Shown: positions 40,880-50,741 of the stretch, piece after piece
How the letters are laid out: each line of letters starts with the position of its first letter
Numbering within the stretch: the first letter of the stretch is position 1
Assembly: GCA_965215505.1 (NCBI GenBank)
Contig: OZ244065.1
Coordinates: 2,016,001-2,080,000, forward strand
Direction: 5' to 3'
Length of the DNA: 64,000 bases
From: Capsulimonadaceae bacterium
GTDB lineage: Bacteria > Armatimonadota > Armatimonadia > Armatimonadales > Capsulimonadaceae
Notes under the pieces: generated by a model
The model's input: the letters and a program-made list of their open reading frames with translations, nothing else
Told to the model about the DNA's origin: nothing
The model's database searches: none
Program-made: the position numbers and the translations under genes

Positions 40880-41701
40880 CTAGTCCGGAGCCGAGACGAT
40901 GATCCCAACCAGCTTCTGGTCCAGGAACTGGAAGCCGCAGTGCAGGGTGTCCTTGTAGTCAGCGTTAATGATTGAGCCTGCGATGGAGTGGTGTTCCGGG
41001 GATCCATAGCGCGCGACCACCTGGGAGTAGGTCGTCCCCAGTTTAATCCCGCGCGCCGTCCCGTAGGAGCCGCTGTAGCCCGTCTCGCGGATCTGCACCA
41101 CGCGCTTGTCCGGCGAGATCGTGAACTCCAGGTCGCCGCCCAGGGCGCGGTCGTAGATGTAAGTCACGGTCTCGAGGCCGGGCGTGGCCACGCCCCCAGG
41201 GCCGGCCGCGCCGCCCCCACCGCCGGGATAGCCGCCGCCCCCGCCAGGGTAACCGCCGCCCCCGCCCGGAAAGCCGCCCCCGCCGCCGGGGTAGCCGCCG
41301 CCACCGCCGAAGCCCGGCAGAGCGCCGCCGCCGCCGCCGCTGGAACTTGCCATCGGCCCGCCTGCCGTCCGCGGCCCTCCACCGCCACCGCCGCTACTGT
41401 CAGCCGCGGCACCACCGCCCGCGCCGGGGTAGCCGCCGCCACCCCCGCCGCCACCGGGGTAGCCGCCGCCACCGCCCGCCGCCGCTCCCGTCGTGGCCCC
41501 GGCGGCGGGCGCGACGCCGCCGACCAGGATGCGGCTCGGGTTGCCGAACTTTTTCGTGACCTGGGAGCCCGACGCGAAGATCGGGATGCCCGCCAGGGAG
41601 CGCTCCGGCCCGGACGCGGCCGAGATGGTCCCCGCCGCCGAGACGAACGCGGCCACCGCCGTCGCCGTCAGGCCGACCCGCCAGCCAATATTCTTTGTCA
41701 T
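40880..41701 (-). CDS. Secreted glycine-rich hypothetical protein
   Basis: Signal peptide; GGGGYPG repeats; two related motifs VTKKFGNP and VVARYGSP. Confidence 0.8.
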   Translation of the reverse strand: MTKNIGWRVGLTATAVAAFVSAAGTISAASGPERSLAGIPIFASGSQVTKKFGNPSRILVGGVAPAAGATTGAAAGGGGGYPGGGGGGGGYPGAGGGAAADSSGGGGGGPRTAGGPMASSSGGGGGALPGFGGGGGYPGGGGGFPGGGGGYPGGGGGYPGGGGGAAGPGGVATPGLETVTYIYDRALGGDLEFTISPDKRVVQIRETGYSGSYGTARGIKLGTTYSQVVARYGSPEHHSIAGSIINADYKDTLHCGFQFLDQKLVGIIVSAPD

Positions 41702-41941
41702 CGTGATTGTCTCCTCGAAAGATGCGGTCTGCTGAAGAACCAGCGTCAGGGAACGCGGCGCGGAAGACGCGGCGCGTTAAACGGGAGGCCGGGAAAGCAA
41801 TCGGACGCAGACTCACCCGTACACAGCATTATACGGTATTATTGTACTTAATCGGCGCGAATTCCTCCCGGCCCGTCAAAGATGTTTCCGGCAAACTTTT
41901 ACCCGGACCCGTTCGTCGGGTAACTTCCCCGCCGGGAGGGT

Positions 41942-41969
41942 GAACTTTCCGGCGCGGGGCGCGTCTGCA
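41942..41969 (+). promoter_or_regulatory. Putative autoregulatory ECF sigma promoter
   Basis: GAACTT-N16-TCTGCA upstream of the ECF sigma gene. Confidence 0.6.
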
Positions 41970-42005
41970 TGGGTATCATACCACCAATCGGCTGAATGGG
42001 AAGCA

Positions 42006-42614
42006 ATGATGATGGGATACGCTCAGGCGATCCGCAGGCCCCTGACCGACACGTTTCTCGTGGAACGATGCCGCACCAACGATGAGGCGGCATTCAACGA
42101 GGTCGTGGCGCGCTACAAGACCAAGATCTACAACTACATCTACCGGATGACCGGGAGCACCGACGACGCGGAGGACTTGACCCAGGAGGTCTTCATCCGC
42201 ATGTATACCTCCATCGAGTCGTTCCGCAGCCAGTCCAGCCTCAACACCTGGCTCTTCCGCATCGCCGGCAACCTGTGCATTGACCGGTTCCGGCGGTCCA
42301 AGAACCGCACGGCGGCGTATTCGCTCGACGACCCCATCGGCGACGGCGAGGGGGAAACGACGCACGAAGTTCCCGACAGCACCTACGAGCCGCAGCGCCT
42401 GCTGGAGAACGAGGAGATGGCCGAGCAGATACAGCGCGCCCTGGCACAGCTCCCCGAGAAGCTGCGCGCGACATTGCTGCTGCATGACATCGAGGGGATG
42501 CCTTATGAGGAGATCGCCCAGGTCGTCGGCTGCCCGCTCGGCACCGTGAAATCGCGCCTGTTTAACGCCCGGATGCAGCTTCGCCAGCGGCTGGCGGGCT
42601 ACATGACTGCATAA
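42006..42614 (+). CDS. ECF sigma factor (RpoE/SigW-like)
   Basis: DAEDLTQEVF, TWLFRIA, YEEIA, GTVKSRLFNAR. Confidence 0.95.
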   Translation: MMMGYAQAIRRPLTDTFLVERCRTNDEAAFNEVVARYKTKIYNYIYRMTGSTDDAEDLTQEVFIRMYTSIESFRSQSSLNTWLFRIAGNLCIDRFRRSKNRTAAYSLDDPIGDGEGETTHEVPDSTYEPQRLLENEEMAEQIQRALAQLPEKLRATLLLHDIEGMPYEEIAQVVGCPLGTVKSRLFNARMQLRQRLAGYMTA

Positions 42615-42632
42615 GAACCCTGACTAAGAACC

Positions 42633-43214
42633 ATGATAATGAACTGCAAGACGGTTAAATGTGTGATGTCGGAGTTCGTGGACGAGCGGCTGGCCGCCGC
42701 CGACGCCTGGCAGGTGCAGACCCACCTCTCGGAGTGTGCCGAGTGCGCCCGGCTCCGCCGCGACTTCGGCGCGCTGCGCCAGTCCCTCCAAGCCCTGCCG
42801 GTGCGGCAGCCCTCGGCGAACTTCGACGCCGCCCTCGCCCAGCGCCTGGCCCTGACGCGGCGGCCCGCGCCGCGCCCGACGTGGCGCGACCGCGTTCGAC
42901 TGCTTCTCCCCCGGCCCGCCCCGCTCCTGCGCCCGGCCCTCGCGTTCGGCGTCGCCATGGCCGCCGTCGGCGGAGTCCTGTTCCTGCCCACGCACTCGCC
43001 CCTCCCCGACCCGAGTGTCACCGTCGCCGCCCACACCGCCGACCACGCCTTCGTCGCCGCCTGCGTCGCCCAGCGCCGCCGGGACGCCGCCGGGGAGCCG
43101 CTGGCGGACCTCGCCGCCCAGAACCTGGCCGGGAACCTTGACAGCCCGGCGCTTGACGGTCCGGCACCGGGGGAACCGTCCCCCGCGCCCGCCCCAGACT
43201 CGGAAGTGTTTTAG
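42633..43214 (+). CDS. Zinc-binding anti-sigma factor
   Basis: HxxxCxxC (HLSECAEC) plus one TM helix; follows the ECF sigma gene. Confidence 0.9.
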   Translation: MIMNCKTVKCVMSEFVDERLAAADAWQVQTHLSECAECARLRRDFGALRQSLQALPVRQPSANFDAALAQRLALTRRPAPRPTWRDRVRLLLPRPAPLLRPALAFGVAMAAVGGVLFLPTHSPLPDPSVTVAAHTADHAFVAACVAQRRRDAAGEPLADLAAQNLAGNLDSPALDGPAPGEPSPAPAPDSEVF

Positions 43215-43217
43215 ACC

Positions 43218-44309
43218 ATGCGCTTTCCCGCCGCCCCCATCGGGGCGCTCCTCCTGCTGTCCTCCCTGCCCCTCCAGGCTCGGCAGCCGCTCCGGCCCCG
43301 CGCCCCCCAACGGCCCCGCCTGATCGGGCCTGCCCCGCGTTTGGGCGTACCAGCCCCACGCCTGCCGGTTCGGCCCAGGGCGAGTGCCCCGAGCCAGTCC
43401 GACCAGCCCGCGCAGGACTTGCTGAGGAAGATGCTCCAGGCGGAGAACTCGCTCGCCCTAGCCGGCGATCAGGTCACGACGGTTTCGCAGAACGGCCTGG
43501 ACCTTTCCTCCGAGCAGCAGGTCCAGAGGGACGGTGCCCGCTCGTTGCGGATTGACTATCTGCGCCCGGCGCGTCTCGCCGGGGTGCAGATCATTGACAA
43601 TGGGCGATTTTACTGCCACCTCCTGCCCGCCAAGGACACGCTGGAGCTGAGTCCCTCCAGCATCCAGAGCCTGCGCGTGCGCGTTCCCGAGGTCATGGCC
43701 CAGATCCGCGCGGGCCGTCTCGTCGTGCAGAGCGCGGGGCAGGATGTCGTCGCCGGCCACGCCTGCGGCATCATCCAGGTCGCGGCCCGCAGCAGCGCGC
43801 CCGCCCCCTGGCGTCGCTTCTGGATCGATCCGACGAATGGTGCCCAGCTCCGCATCGAGCAGTATGAAGCCGGCGGGCGGCTCCAGTCTGCCTCTTACTA
43901 CACGCAGATTACTTACGGAGTACGCTTCGATTCGTCCGTCTTCCGTGTGCCGACGGCCGGCAGCAAGGTCGTCACCCGAGATTTCGCTCCCCCTGCGCTG
44001 ACGCTGGACCAGGTCCGGGCGCAGGCCGGCTCGCCCGTGCCCGTGCCGACCTATCTGCCAGAAGGGTTCACCTATCAGGCGGGGTCGGTTTCCCAGAGTC
44101 CACGGGGCCGCGTCGTCGAGCTGCGCTACTTCAACGGAGCCAACACGCTGTCCATCTTTGAGACGCCGGACGGCCCCGGCACCGGTCCCGCCGGAACGCA
44201 GCATCCCCGCCGCGGCGTCCTGTTCGGACGCCAAGCGGGGATGAAGGTGGTCATCATCGGGAACGAGGGGAACGTGGAACTGGAGAAGGTACTGACCTCG
44301 CTGCGGTAG
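43218..44309 (+). CDS. MucB/RseB-like periplasmic sigma regulator
   Basis: Signal peptide, RIDYLRPARLAG, VAGHAC, RRFWIDP, PTYLPEGF. Confidence 0.75.
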   Translation: MRFPAAPIGALLLLSSLPLQARQPLRPRAPQRPRLIGPAPRLGVPAPRLPVRPRASAPSQSDQPAQDLLRKMLQAENSLALAGDQVTTVSQNGLDLSSEQQVQRDGARSLRIDYLRPARLAGVQIIDNGRFYCHLLPAKDTLELSPSSIQSLRVRVPEVMAQIRAGRLVVQSAGQDVVAGHACGIIQVAARSSAPAPWRRFWIDPTNGAQLRIEQYEAGGRLQSASYYTQITYGVRFDSSVFRVPTAGSKVVTRDFAPPALTLDQVRAQAGSPVPVPTYLPEGFTYQAGSVSQSPRGRVVELRYFNGANTLSIFETPDGPGTGPAGTQHPRRGVLFGRQAGMKVVIIGNEGNVELEKVLTSLR

Positions 44310-44315
44310 GGCCGC

Positions 44316-44849
44316 CTAGCCGGTCACGGCCGCCACCGGGACGCCCGCCGGAAACAGCGTGTCCCGGCGCTCTTCCGCGTACTCGAAAACGGCCGCCATC
44401 AGCGCGTCCCAGGTGAAATACACGTCGGCCACGTCCTCCCAGGCGGCCAGCACCAGCCCGCGCGACTCGGAGCCGGGGGGGATCGGCTCGAATCCCCACG
44501 CCTCGGCGACAAACACGGGGCAGTACCGCACTTCCCCCACCCCGCCGCGCGTCGTCAGCCGGTAGCAGCCGATCAGCCGCCGCCGGTGGGGGTTCAGACG
44601 CGCCCCTGTTTCTTCCCACGCCTCCCGTTCCGCCGCCGCATCCAGGGTTTCGCCCGACTCGATCTTTCCCGAAGGGATGCACAGCCCGCGCCCCTCGATG
44701 TCCGCCAGAGCGACTTTATCCCCGTAGTACACGAAGGTCAGCACGGCCCAAAGCCGCCCCTCACTCTCCGGCGGTAGCTGCTCGCCGGGGAAGAAGGTGG
44801 CGTCCGACTTCAAAGAAGTCCAGAAGACGGTGGGAAATGGTTCTGGCAT
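44316..44849 (-). CDS. NUDIX hydrolase
   Basis: GKIESGETLDAAAEREAWEETG Nudix box. Confidence 0.88.
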   Translation of the reverse strand: MPEPFPTVFWTSLKSDATFFPGEQLPPESEGRLWAVLTFVYYGDKVALADIEGRGLCIPSGKIESGETLDAAAEREAWEETGARLNPHRRRLIGCYRLTTRGGVGEVRYCPVFVAEAWGFEPIPPGSESRGLVLAAWEDVADVYFTWDALMAAVFEYAEERRDTLFPAGVPVAAVTG

Positions 44850-44901
44850 GGTTGGACATTTTGCATGAGTGCAGCAGGAGCAGGCAACATGGCAGGGCAG
44901 G

Positions 44902-45010
44902 AGGGCGCGGCAAGCGGCACCCCTACGGTTCCTGAATGATGCCCTCCGAAGCCCCGGAGGGGCGGCCCACCGGCGGAGCCGGGAACAGACCGGCCATTTA
45001 TGGCCGGGGC
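44902..45010. repeat. REP-like cluster
   Basis: GTAGGGGTGCCGCTTGCCGCGCCCT on minus strand (44902-44926) and palindrome CCGGCCATTTATGGCCGG. Confidence 0.55.
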
Positions 45011-45345
45011 TAACTTCCCTCGGCCTCACTCTCCTCAGCCTCACGCGCCGTGTCATACGCTTCCTTGAGCTTGGCGGCCACCCCGATGAGGGGCATCTCC
45101 GGATTGCCACCCACTCCCATACGTTCCACCTCTATTTGTCGGAGATAATCTACCAACTCCTGCTCTGAGGCATCTGAAGAGAGCAGATCGTAAACACCCA
45201 CTGCATAGGAATCGTACTCGTCCATCGCCTGTGGATGACCGAAGACGCCTATCGGGTCCCAATCCACCAACAGGATTAGGCGGATAAAGCCCATCGGGTC
45301 GCCGAAGCGTCCCCAGTCGGGGATTGTTCTATATCTTGTTCGCAT
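45010..45345 (-). CDS. Hypothetical protein with WDPIG/DEYD motif (DUF1871-like)
   Basis: WDPIGV...DEYDSY. Confidence 0.7.
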   Translation of the reverse strand: MRTRYRTIPDWGRFGDPMGFIRLILLVDWDPIGVFGHPQAMDEYDSYAVGVYDLLSSDASEQELVDYLRQIEVERMGVGGNPEMPLIGVAAKLKEAYDTAREAEESEAEGS

Positions 45346-45379
45346 AGCCTGTGCTGGCTGTGGCGCTACGATTCACTGC

Positions 45380-45934
45380 TCACCCCGGCGTCATCTGCCA
45401 GAAGTCTGCACCCAGGATGTCCCACGGCAGACGCCGCTCGTCGGGGTCGTTCGGGTCGAACTGCTGGCTGACATAGTAGAGGATCGTCGCCGGCTGCCCC
45501 CAGATGTTCGCGCCGCCGTGCCCCACCCCGCGCGGGATGTAGAGGAGCTGCGCCTTGCCGCCGCCCATCACGAGCCGCATGGCCGTGTTGTAGGTCGGCG
45601 AGGCTTTGCGGGCGTCCACCAGCCCGACCAGGAGGCGGTCGGTCGGTGGAACGAACCAGACGTCTTCCTGATTGTAATGCAGGTGGAACGCCTTGATCGC
45701 CCCCGGCAGGACCAGGGAGTACGACGACTGCCGCACCTTGAAGTTGGGGATGGCTTCCAGGTTGCCTGACTCGTCGAAGCGGACCAGCTCGGCGAATGAG
45801 CCGCCATCGTCGGTCAGCAGGCGCAGGTCAAGCAACCGGACGCCCTCGATGCGCGCCCCGCCGCCGTACCCCTGCGTCGTCAGCTTGCCCTGGAAGTCAG
45901 GCCCGAAGTCGTCGGGCGTGAGCCTGGTCGGCAT
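45380..45934 (-). CDS. rfbC: dTDP-4-dehydrorhamnose 3,5-epimerase family
   Basis: DDGGSFAE, IKAFHLH, LYIPRGVGHG; near rfbA. Confidence 0.85.
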   Translation of the reverse strand: MPTRLTPDDFGPDFQGKLTTQGYGGGARIEGVRLLDLRLLTDDGGSFAELVRFDESGNLEAIPNFKVRQSSYSLVLPGAIKAFHLHYNQEDVWFVPPTDRLLVGLVDARKASPTYNTAMRLVMGGGKAQLLYIPRGVGHGGANIWGQPATILYYVSQQFDPNDPDERRLPWDILGADFWQMTPG

Positions 45935-45943
45935 CGGACTCGC

Positions 45944-46291
45944 TTACCCCACGCCCAGAAGCTCGACATCGAACAGCAGCGTCGCGTTCGGCGGGATGAC
46001 GCCGCCCGCGCCGCGCGCCCCGTAGCCGAGTTCCGCCGGCACGGTCAGGGTGCGACGCCCGCCCACCTTCATCGTCAGGACGCCCTCGTCCCAGCCCTTG
46101 ATGACCTGCCCCTTGCCGATGGTGAAGACGAACGGGTCGTTACGGTCGCGCGACGAGTCGAACTTGCGCCCGTCCGGGAAGGTCCCCGTGTAATGGACCT
46201 TCACCTTCTGTCCCGGCGTGGGGCTAGGCCCGTCGCCGACAACTTCATCCACATAGAGCAGCCCAGAGGCCGTCTTGATCTGTTCCGCCAT
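45944..46291 (-). CDS. FKBP-type peptidyl-prolyl isomerase
   Basis: [31 protein letters not shown]. Confidence 0.96.
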   Translation of the reverse strand: MAEQIKTASGLLYVDEVVGDGPSPTPGQKVKVHYTGTFPDGRKFDSSRDRNDPFVFTIGKGQVIKGWDEGVLTMKVGGRRTLTVPAELGYGARGAGGVIPPNATLLFDVELLGVG

Positions 46292-46315
46292 TTTCCAGTT
46301 CTCCTTGCGTGTCTT

Positions 46316-47191
46316 TTAGTATGCGAATTCAGGCCGCAGCAGGTTGACCAAATACTCGCCGTAGCCGCTCTTCATCAGCGGCGCGGCCAAGGCCCGCAGG
46401 CCGTCGGCGTCAATGAAGCCCATCCGATAGGCGACCTCTTCGATGCAGCCGATCTTTAATCCCTGACGCTCTTCAATAGCCTGGACGAATGTTCCCGCCT
46501 GCATCAGTGACGCGAACGTCCCCGAGTCCAGCCAGGCGGTGCCCCGGTCCAGGATGCAGACCTTCAGGCGGCCGTTCTGGAGGTACGTCTTGTTCACGTC
46601 CGTGATCTCGTACTCGCCCCGCGCGCTCGGCTCCAGGGTCCGGGCGATCTCAACGACGGCGTTGTCGTAGAAGTACAGGCCGGGGACGGCGTAGGATGAC
46701 TTGGGCCGCGCGGGCTTCTCCTCAATGGAGATCACCTGATGGTCGCGGTCGAACTCCACGATGCCGTACCGGTGCGGGTCCTGCACATGGTAGGCGAAGA
46801 CGACGCCGCCGTCCGGGTCCGTGTTCTGCTGAAGCATCTCCGCCATGCCGGACCCGTAGAAAATGTTATCCCCCAGGACGAGCGCGACTTTGTCCGACCC
46901 GATAAACTCGGCACCGATGACGAACGCCTGTGCCAGCCCATTTGGGAGGGGCTGGGCTGCGTATTCAAACGAACAGCCGAGGCCCGCGCCATCCCCCAGC
47001 AGCGTCCGAAAATTGGGGAGATCATGCGGGGTCGAGATGATCAGGATCTCGCGGATGCCCGCCAGCATCAGGATACTGAGCGGATAGTAGATCATCGGCT
47101 TGTCATAGACCGGCATGAGCTGCTTGCTGACGGCCAAGGTCAGCGGGTGCAGACGGGTCCCGGAGCCGCCCGCCAGGATGATGCCCTTCAT
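46316..47191 (-). CDS. rfbA: Glucose-1-phosphate thymidylyltransferase
   Basis: [31 protein letters not shown]. Confidence 0.97.
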   Translation of the reverse strand: MKGIILAGGSGTRLHPLTLAVSKQLMPVYDKPMIYYPLSILMLAGIREILIISTPHDLPNFRTLLGDGAGLGCSFEYAAQPLPNGLAQAFVIGAEFIGSDKVALVLGDNIFYGSGMAEMLQQNTDPDGGVVFAYHVQDPHRYGIVEFDRDHQVISIEEKPARPKSSYAVPGLYFYDNAVVEIARTLEPSARGEYEITDVNKTYLQNGRLKVCILDRGTAWLDSGTFASLMQAGTFVQAIEERQGLKIGCIEEVAYRMGFIDADGLRALAAPLMKSGYGEYLVNLLRPEFAY

Positions 47192-47197
47192 GCGCCG

Positions 47198-47245
47198 ATT
47201 ATACCACAAAGCCCGCTTGACACCGCCCGGAACGTATGCTATAGT
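47198..47245. promoter_or_regulatory. Back-to-back leaderless promoters
   Basis: Minus: TGTGG-TATAAT 6 nt before the rfbA ATG; plus: TTGACA-N17-TATAGT 5 nt before ATG 47251. Confidence 0.75.
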
Positions 47246-47250
47246 TCGGC

Positions 47251-48270
47251 ATGCCCCAGACCGTCCCGCCGCCCGATTCCGACGCCCCGCGCCCCCTGCC
47301 GCGCCGCCCGGCCCCGCGCCCGTCGGCGGTGCGCGCGAACCGCCCCCGCTTCGCCCCCCTCGATGCCGCCTGGCTTACCGCCCTGGCGGCGTTAGCCCTG
47401 GCAGTTTCCGCCCGCCTGCACGGCCTCGCGGGTCATGAGGCCGTCGGGTCATGTGCAGCGGCGGGGACGGTCGCCGCCCTGTACCTGCTCGGCTGGCGCG
47501 CGCGCGACCGGGCGGCGGGAGTCTGTGCGGGCCTGCTGGCCGCGACCAGCGTCCCGTTTCTCGTCCAGGCCGGCCACTCACCGTTGAGCGCGGCGTTCAC
47601 GCTGCTGACCGTCGCCGCCCTCTTCGCCTTCGTCGCCGGGTCGTCCCTCGCCGCGCTGGCCCTCGCCGCCGCCGCGACACTGGTCCGCCCGGACGGCCTC
47701 CTGCTGGGCCTGCTCCTGATGGCGCTTGCCCTGGCACAACAGCGGAAGAGGGCGGTTTACGGCGTGGCCGTTTTCCTTGTGCCGCTACTCGCCGCCTGGT
47801 CCGGCCGGATCGCCTCGGGCCACGGCCCGCCGTCCCTGCCGACCTTCGGCACCCATGCCGGGCCGCTGCTCTGGGGCTGGACATCGGCCTCGGCCCTGCT
47901 GCTCTGGCTGCTCCTGCCGTTCTGCGCCGAGATGAGCGAACCGCTGCGCCGGGCGCGCTGGCTGCCCGTCGTCCTGTGGGCGGGCCTCTCGGTCGCGGCG
48001 GCCTCCCTGCTGTCGGATTCCACGCCGTCGGGTATGCTCCTGCCGCTCATGCCGCCGCTGTTCGCCCTGGCCGGAGGCGGACTGTCCCGCCTGCTGCCTA
48101 CATTGGCGGGGGAGTTCCCCAATCCATTGGCCCGCTACACTCTGGCGACACTGGCCGTCGTCGGCCTGGTGGGGCTGCACATCCGCTTGGAAGCCCACCC
48201 AATTCCGCCCTTCGTCAGTATCTCAGCGCTGATTAATACGTCAGCAGCGAGTGAACATCATAGCCGCTAA
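47251..48270 (+). CDS. Polytopic membrane protein (degenerate ArnT/GT-C-like)
   Basis: Many hydrophobic helices; LYLLG, LLAATS, LVRPDG motifs. Confidence 0.65.
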   Translation: MPQTVPPPDSDAPRPLPRRPAPRPSAVRANRPRFAPLDAAWLTALAALALAVSARLHGLAGHEAVGSCAAAGTVAALYLLGWRARDRAAGVCAGLLAATSVPFLVQAGHSPLSAAFTLLTVAALFAFVAGSSLAALALAAAATLVRPDGLLLGLLLMALALAQQRKRAVYGVAVFLVPLLAAWSGRIASGHGPPSLPTFGTHAGPLLWGWTSASALLLWLLLPFCAEMSEPLRRARWLPVVLWAGLSVAAASLLSDSTPSGMLLPLMPPLFALAGGGLSRLLPTLAGEFPNPLARYTLATLAVVGLVGLHIRLEAHPIPPFVSISALINTSAASEHHSR

Positions 48271-48754
48271 GGGCCTCGCGCCCGGACAAGAAAGCTAGCT
48301 CAACCAGGAAGCTGAACCCGACCACTCTCCCGCCCAGTTTTTCCACCAGTTTCGCCGCCGCCGCCGCCGTGCCGCCGGTCGCCAGCAGGTCATCCACAAT
48401 CAGGACGCGCTGCCCCGGCAGGATGGCGTCCCGGTGTACCTCCACGGTCGCCGTCCCATATTCCAGAGCGTACTCCTCCTGGATCGTCTGCGCGGGCAGC
48501 TTTCCGATCTTACGCACGGGGACGAAGCCGATACCCAGGGCGAGTGCAACGGGTGCGCCGAAGAGGAAGCCGCGCGACTCGATCCCGACGACAAGGTCAG
48601 GACTCCAGCCCTGGGCCTGGGAAACGAAGCAGTCCACGACCTCCTGGAAGGCGGCGGCGTCACCCAGAACGGGCGTGATGTCTTTGAACAAAATCCCGGA
48701 CTTTGGAAAGTCCGGGATGTCTCGTATTAGCTTGGAAGCGAGTAATTGTGTCAT
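48233..48754 (-). CDS. apt: Adenine phosphoribosyltransferase
   Basis: [28 protein letters not shown]. Confidence 0.97.
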   Translation of the reverse strand: MTQLLASKLIRDIPDFPKSGILFKDITPVLGDAAAFQEVVDCFVSQAQGWSPDLVVGIESRGFLFGAPVALALGIGFVPVRKIGKLPAQTIQEEYALEYGTATVEVHRDAILPGQRVLIVDDLLATGGTAAAAAKLVEKLGGRVVGFSFLVELAFLSGREALSGYDVHSLLTY

Positions 48755-48763
48755 GGCTTGGGG

Positions 48764-49801
48764 TCAGTATCCACCCACCACTCCACCGCTCCCGATGATC
48801 GGAAAGTCCGGCAGGATCGTGGTGCTGTTGCTCGGCGTCGTCGTCACGGTCGAACCAGGCGGCAGGAAGCCGGGCGCGTTTCCACCGGGGACGACCGGGG
48901 CGGTCCCGCCGCCGGGCGTGACGACGGTTCCTGGGATGGCGCTGCCGCCGTTAGGAGCCGGGTAGCCGAAGCCACCATAAGGGTTGCCGTAGTCGAAACC
49001 ATAGGGCGAGAAGCCAGGAAAGCCGTAGGGCGAGAAGTTGAAGTCGTTGTTGACGTCCGGCACCGAGGTCACCGAAGTGCCGAAAGTCGGCGTCGGCAGA
49101 TCCCCGCTCACCTGCACCTCGGAGAGCGGCGCGGTGGTGGAGATTATGTTGCGGTAGGTCACCAGGGGCGACGCCGTGACCGGATTGCCGTTGATATCCG
49201 TGTCCACCACATCCCCCTGCAAGCGGACCGGCTCCTCCCCATGCTTGTAGAAGCCGTAGTAGGCCCGCCAGACGGTGTGCGTCTGTTTAGCGACTACAGC
49301 GGCAGCGGCCGCCGCCGTCATCCGCCGACTGGGGAAGACGACATTTCCCTCGACTGCTCGGCCGATCTGGGCCAAAGCACCGTCCACGCCGGCGATGGCC
49401 TTGATCGCATCCCGCGCGGGGACCCGGTTCGTCGGGAAGACGAGGGAGCCGCCGCTGTCCACCTTGACCTCCGGGACGGTCGTACCGGGGTCTATCTTGC
49501 TGACGATGAAGACCTTCTGGAAGTCCATACCGAGCGCGTTCCCCAGATCGTTCATCGCCTGGACGCGGCCATCCGGCGTGTCGGCGTTGTCCACGTCAAA
49601 GGTTACAGGCTGGGCGCTGTTGACCGTGCCCCGGAAGACGATGCTGACGCCGTAGCGCTTGCTCATCTGCGCCACGGCGTTGCTCGCCGGTGTACTGGTG
49701 AAGGTCAGCGAATCGGCACGGGCCACGGAAAGCGGGAATAGGCTTGTTCCGGCGGCCAATAAAACCAGGAAAGCCTTTCGGGTTGTGCGTTTGGTATCCA
49801 T
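48764..49801 (-). CDS. Secreted hypothetical protein with STN-like repeats and Pro/Gly/Tyr/Phe tail
   Basis: Signal peptide ARA-D; repeated S/N-hydrophobic-F plus helix units. Confidence 0.7.
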   Translation of the reverse strand: MDTKRTTRKAFLVLLAAGTSLFPLSVARADSLTFTSTPASNAVAQMSKRYGVSIVFRGTVNSAQPVTFDVDNADTPDGRVQAMNDLGNALGMDFQKVFIVSKIDPGTTVPEVKVDSGGSLVFPTNRVPARDAIKAIAGVDGALAQIGRAVEGNVVFPSRRMTAAAAAAVVAKQTHTVWRAYYGFYKHGEEPVRLQGDVVDTDINGNPVTASPLVTYRNIISTTAPLSEVQVSGDLPTPTFGTSVTSVPDVNNDFNFSPYGFPGFSPYGFDYGNPYGGFGYPAPNGGSAIPGTVVTPGGGTAPVVPGGNAPGFLPPGSTVTTTPSNSTTILPDFPIIGSGGVVGGY

Positions 49802-49856
49802 TGCGAGTCACCTCATGGAAAAGAAATCTTCTTCCCTAGTCTCCCCGCTTCACCAG

Positions 49857-49887
49857 CAAAACAAACGCCCCGGCATTGGCACCGGGA
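49857..49887 (-). terminator. Putative terminator after tpiA
   Basis: CCCGG/CCGGG stem followed by TTTGTTTT. Confidence 0.5.
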
Positions 49888-49888
49888 T

Positions 49889-50692
49889 CTAGCCGGCTGC
49901 GGCGACGATGGCCGCGAAGTCCTTTGCTTTCAGGCTGGCCCCGCCGATCAGGCCGCCGTCAATGTTCAGTCGCGCCAGCAGGTCGGCGGCGTTGTCCGGC
50001 TTCATCGAGCCGCCGTACTGGATTCGAACGGCCTCGGCCGCCGCATCCCCGAAGTTCTCACGGACGGCAGCCCGGACCACCCCGCAGACGCGGTCCGCCT
50101 CGTCCGGGGCACACGTCTCGCCCGTGCCGATGGCCCAGACCGGCTCATAGGCGAGGACGACGCCGGCCCCCACCTGCTCGCCCCCGATGCCTGCCAAAGC
50201 TCCCACGACCTGTGCCCGGACGACGGCGTCGGTGTCCCCGGCCTGCCGCTCTGCCAGGGTTTCGCCGATGCAGACGATCGGCGTCAGCCCCGCCGCCAGC
50301 ACGGCCTTCGCCTTGATGTTGACGGCCGCGTCCGTCTCGCCCAATGTCTTCAGCAGGTCCGGCGTCATGTCCGGCTCGGCCACGCCGAACCGCCCGCGCG
50401 TCTCCGAGTGGCCCAGGATGACATAGGCCACGCCCACGTCTTGCAGCATCGGCAGCGACACCTGCGAGGTGTACGCCCCGCTCGCCTTCCAGAACGCATC
50501 CTGCGCCCCCAGGTCGATGCCTGTGCCTTGCAGCGCCCCCTGCACCGCGTGCAGGGCCGTGTACGGCGGGCAGACGACGACGTCCGCCCCAGCCTGCCCC
50601 GCGAGGAGCGGCTTCAGCTCTTCGACGAGGGCCAGGGCCTCGGCGACCGTCTTGTTCATCTTCCAGTTGCCCGCGATGATCTTCTTACGCAT
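49889..50692 (-). CDS. tpiA: Triosephosphate isomerase
   Basis: [26 protein letters not shown]. Confidence 0.98.
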   Translation of the reverse strand: MRKKIIAGNWKMNKTVAEALALVEELKPLLAGQAGADVVVCPPYTALHAVQGALQGTGIDLGAQDAFWKASGAYTSQVSLPMLQDVGVAYVILGHSETRGRFGVAEPDMTPDLLKTLGETDAAVNIKAKAVLAAGLTPIVCIGETLAERQAGDTDAVVRAQVVGALAGIGGEQVGAGVVLAYEPVWAIGTGETCAPDEADRVCGVVRAAVRENFGDAAAEAVRIQYGGSMKPDNAADLLARLNIDGGLIGGASLKAKDFAAIVAAAG

Positions 50693-50741
50693 ACATTATC
50701 CTTATCCTCGTCCGCAGGACGCTTTTTCTAGCGAGTGGTTT

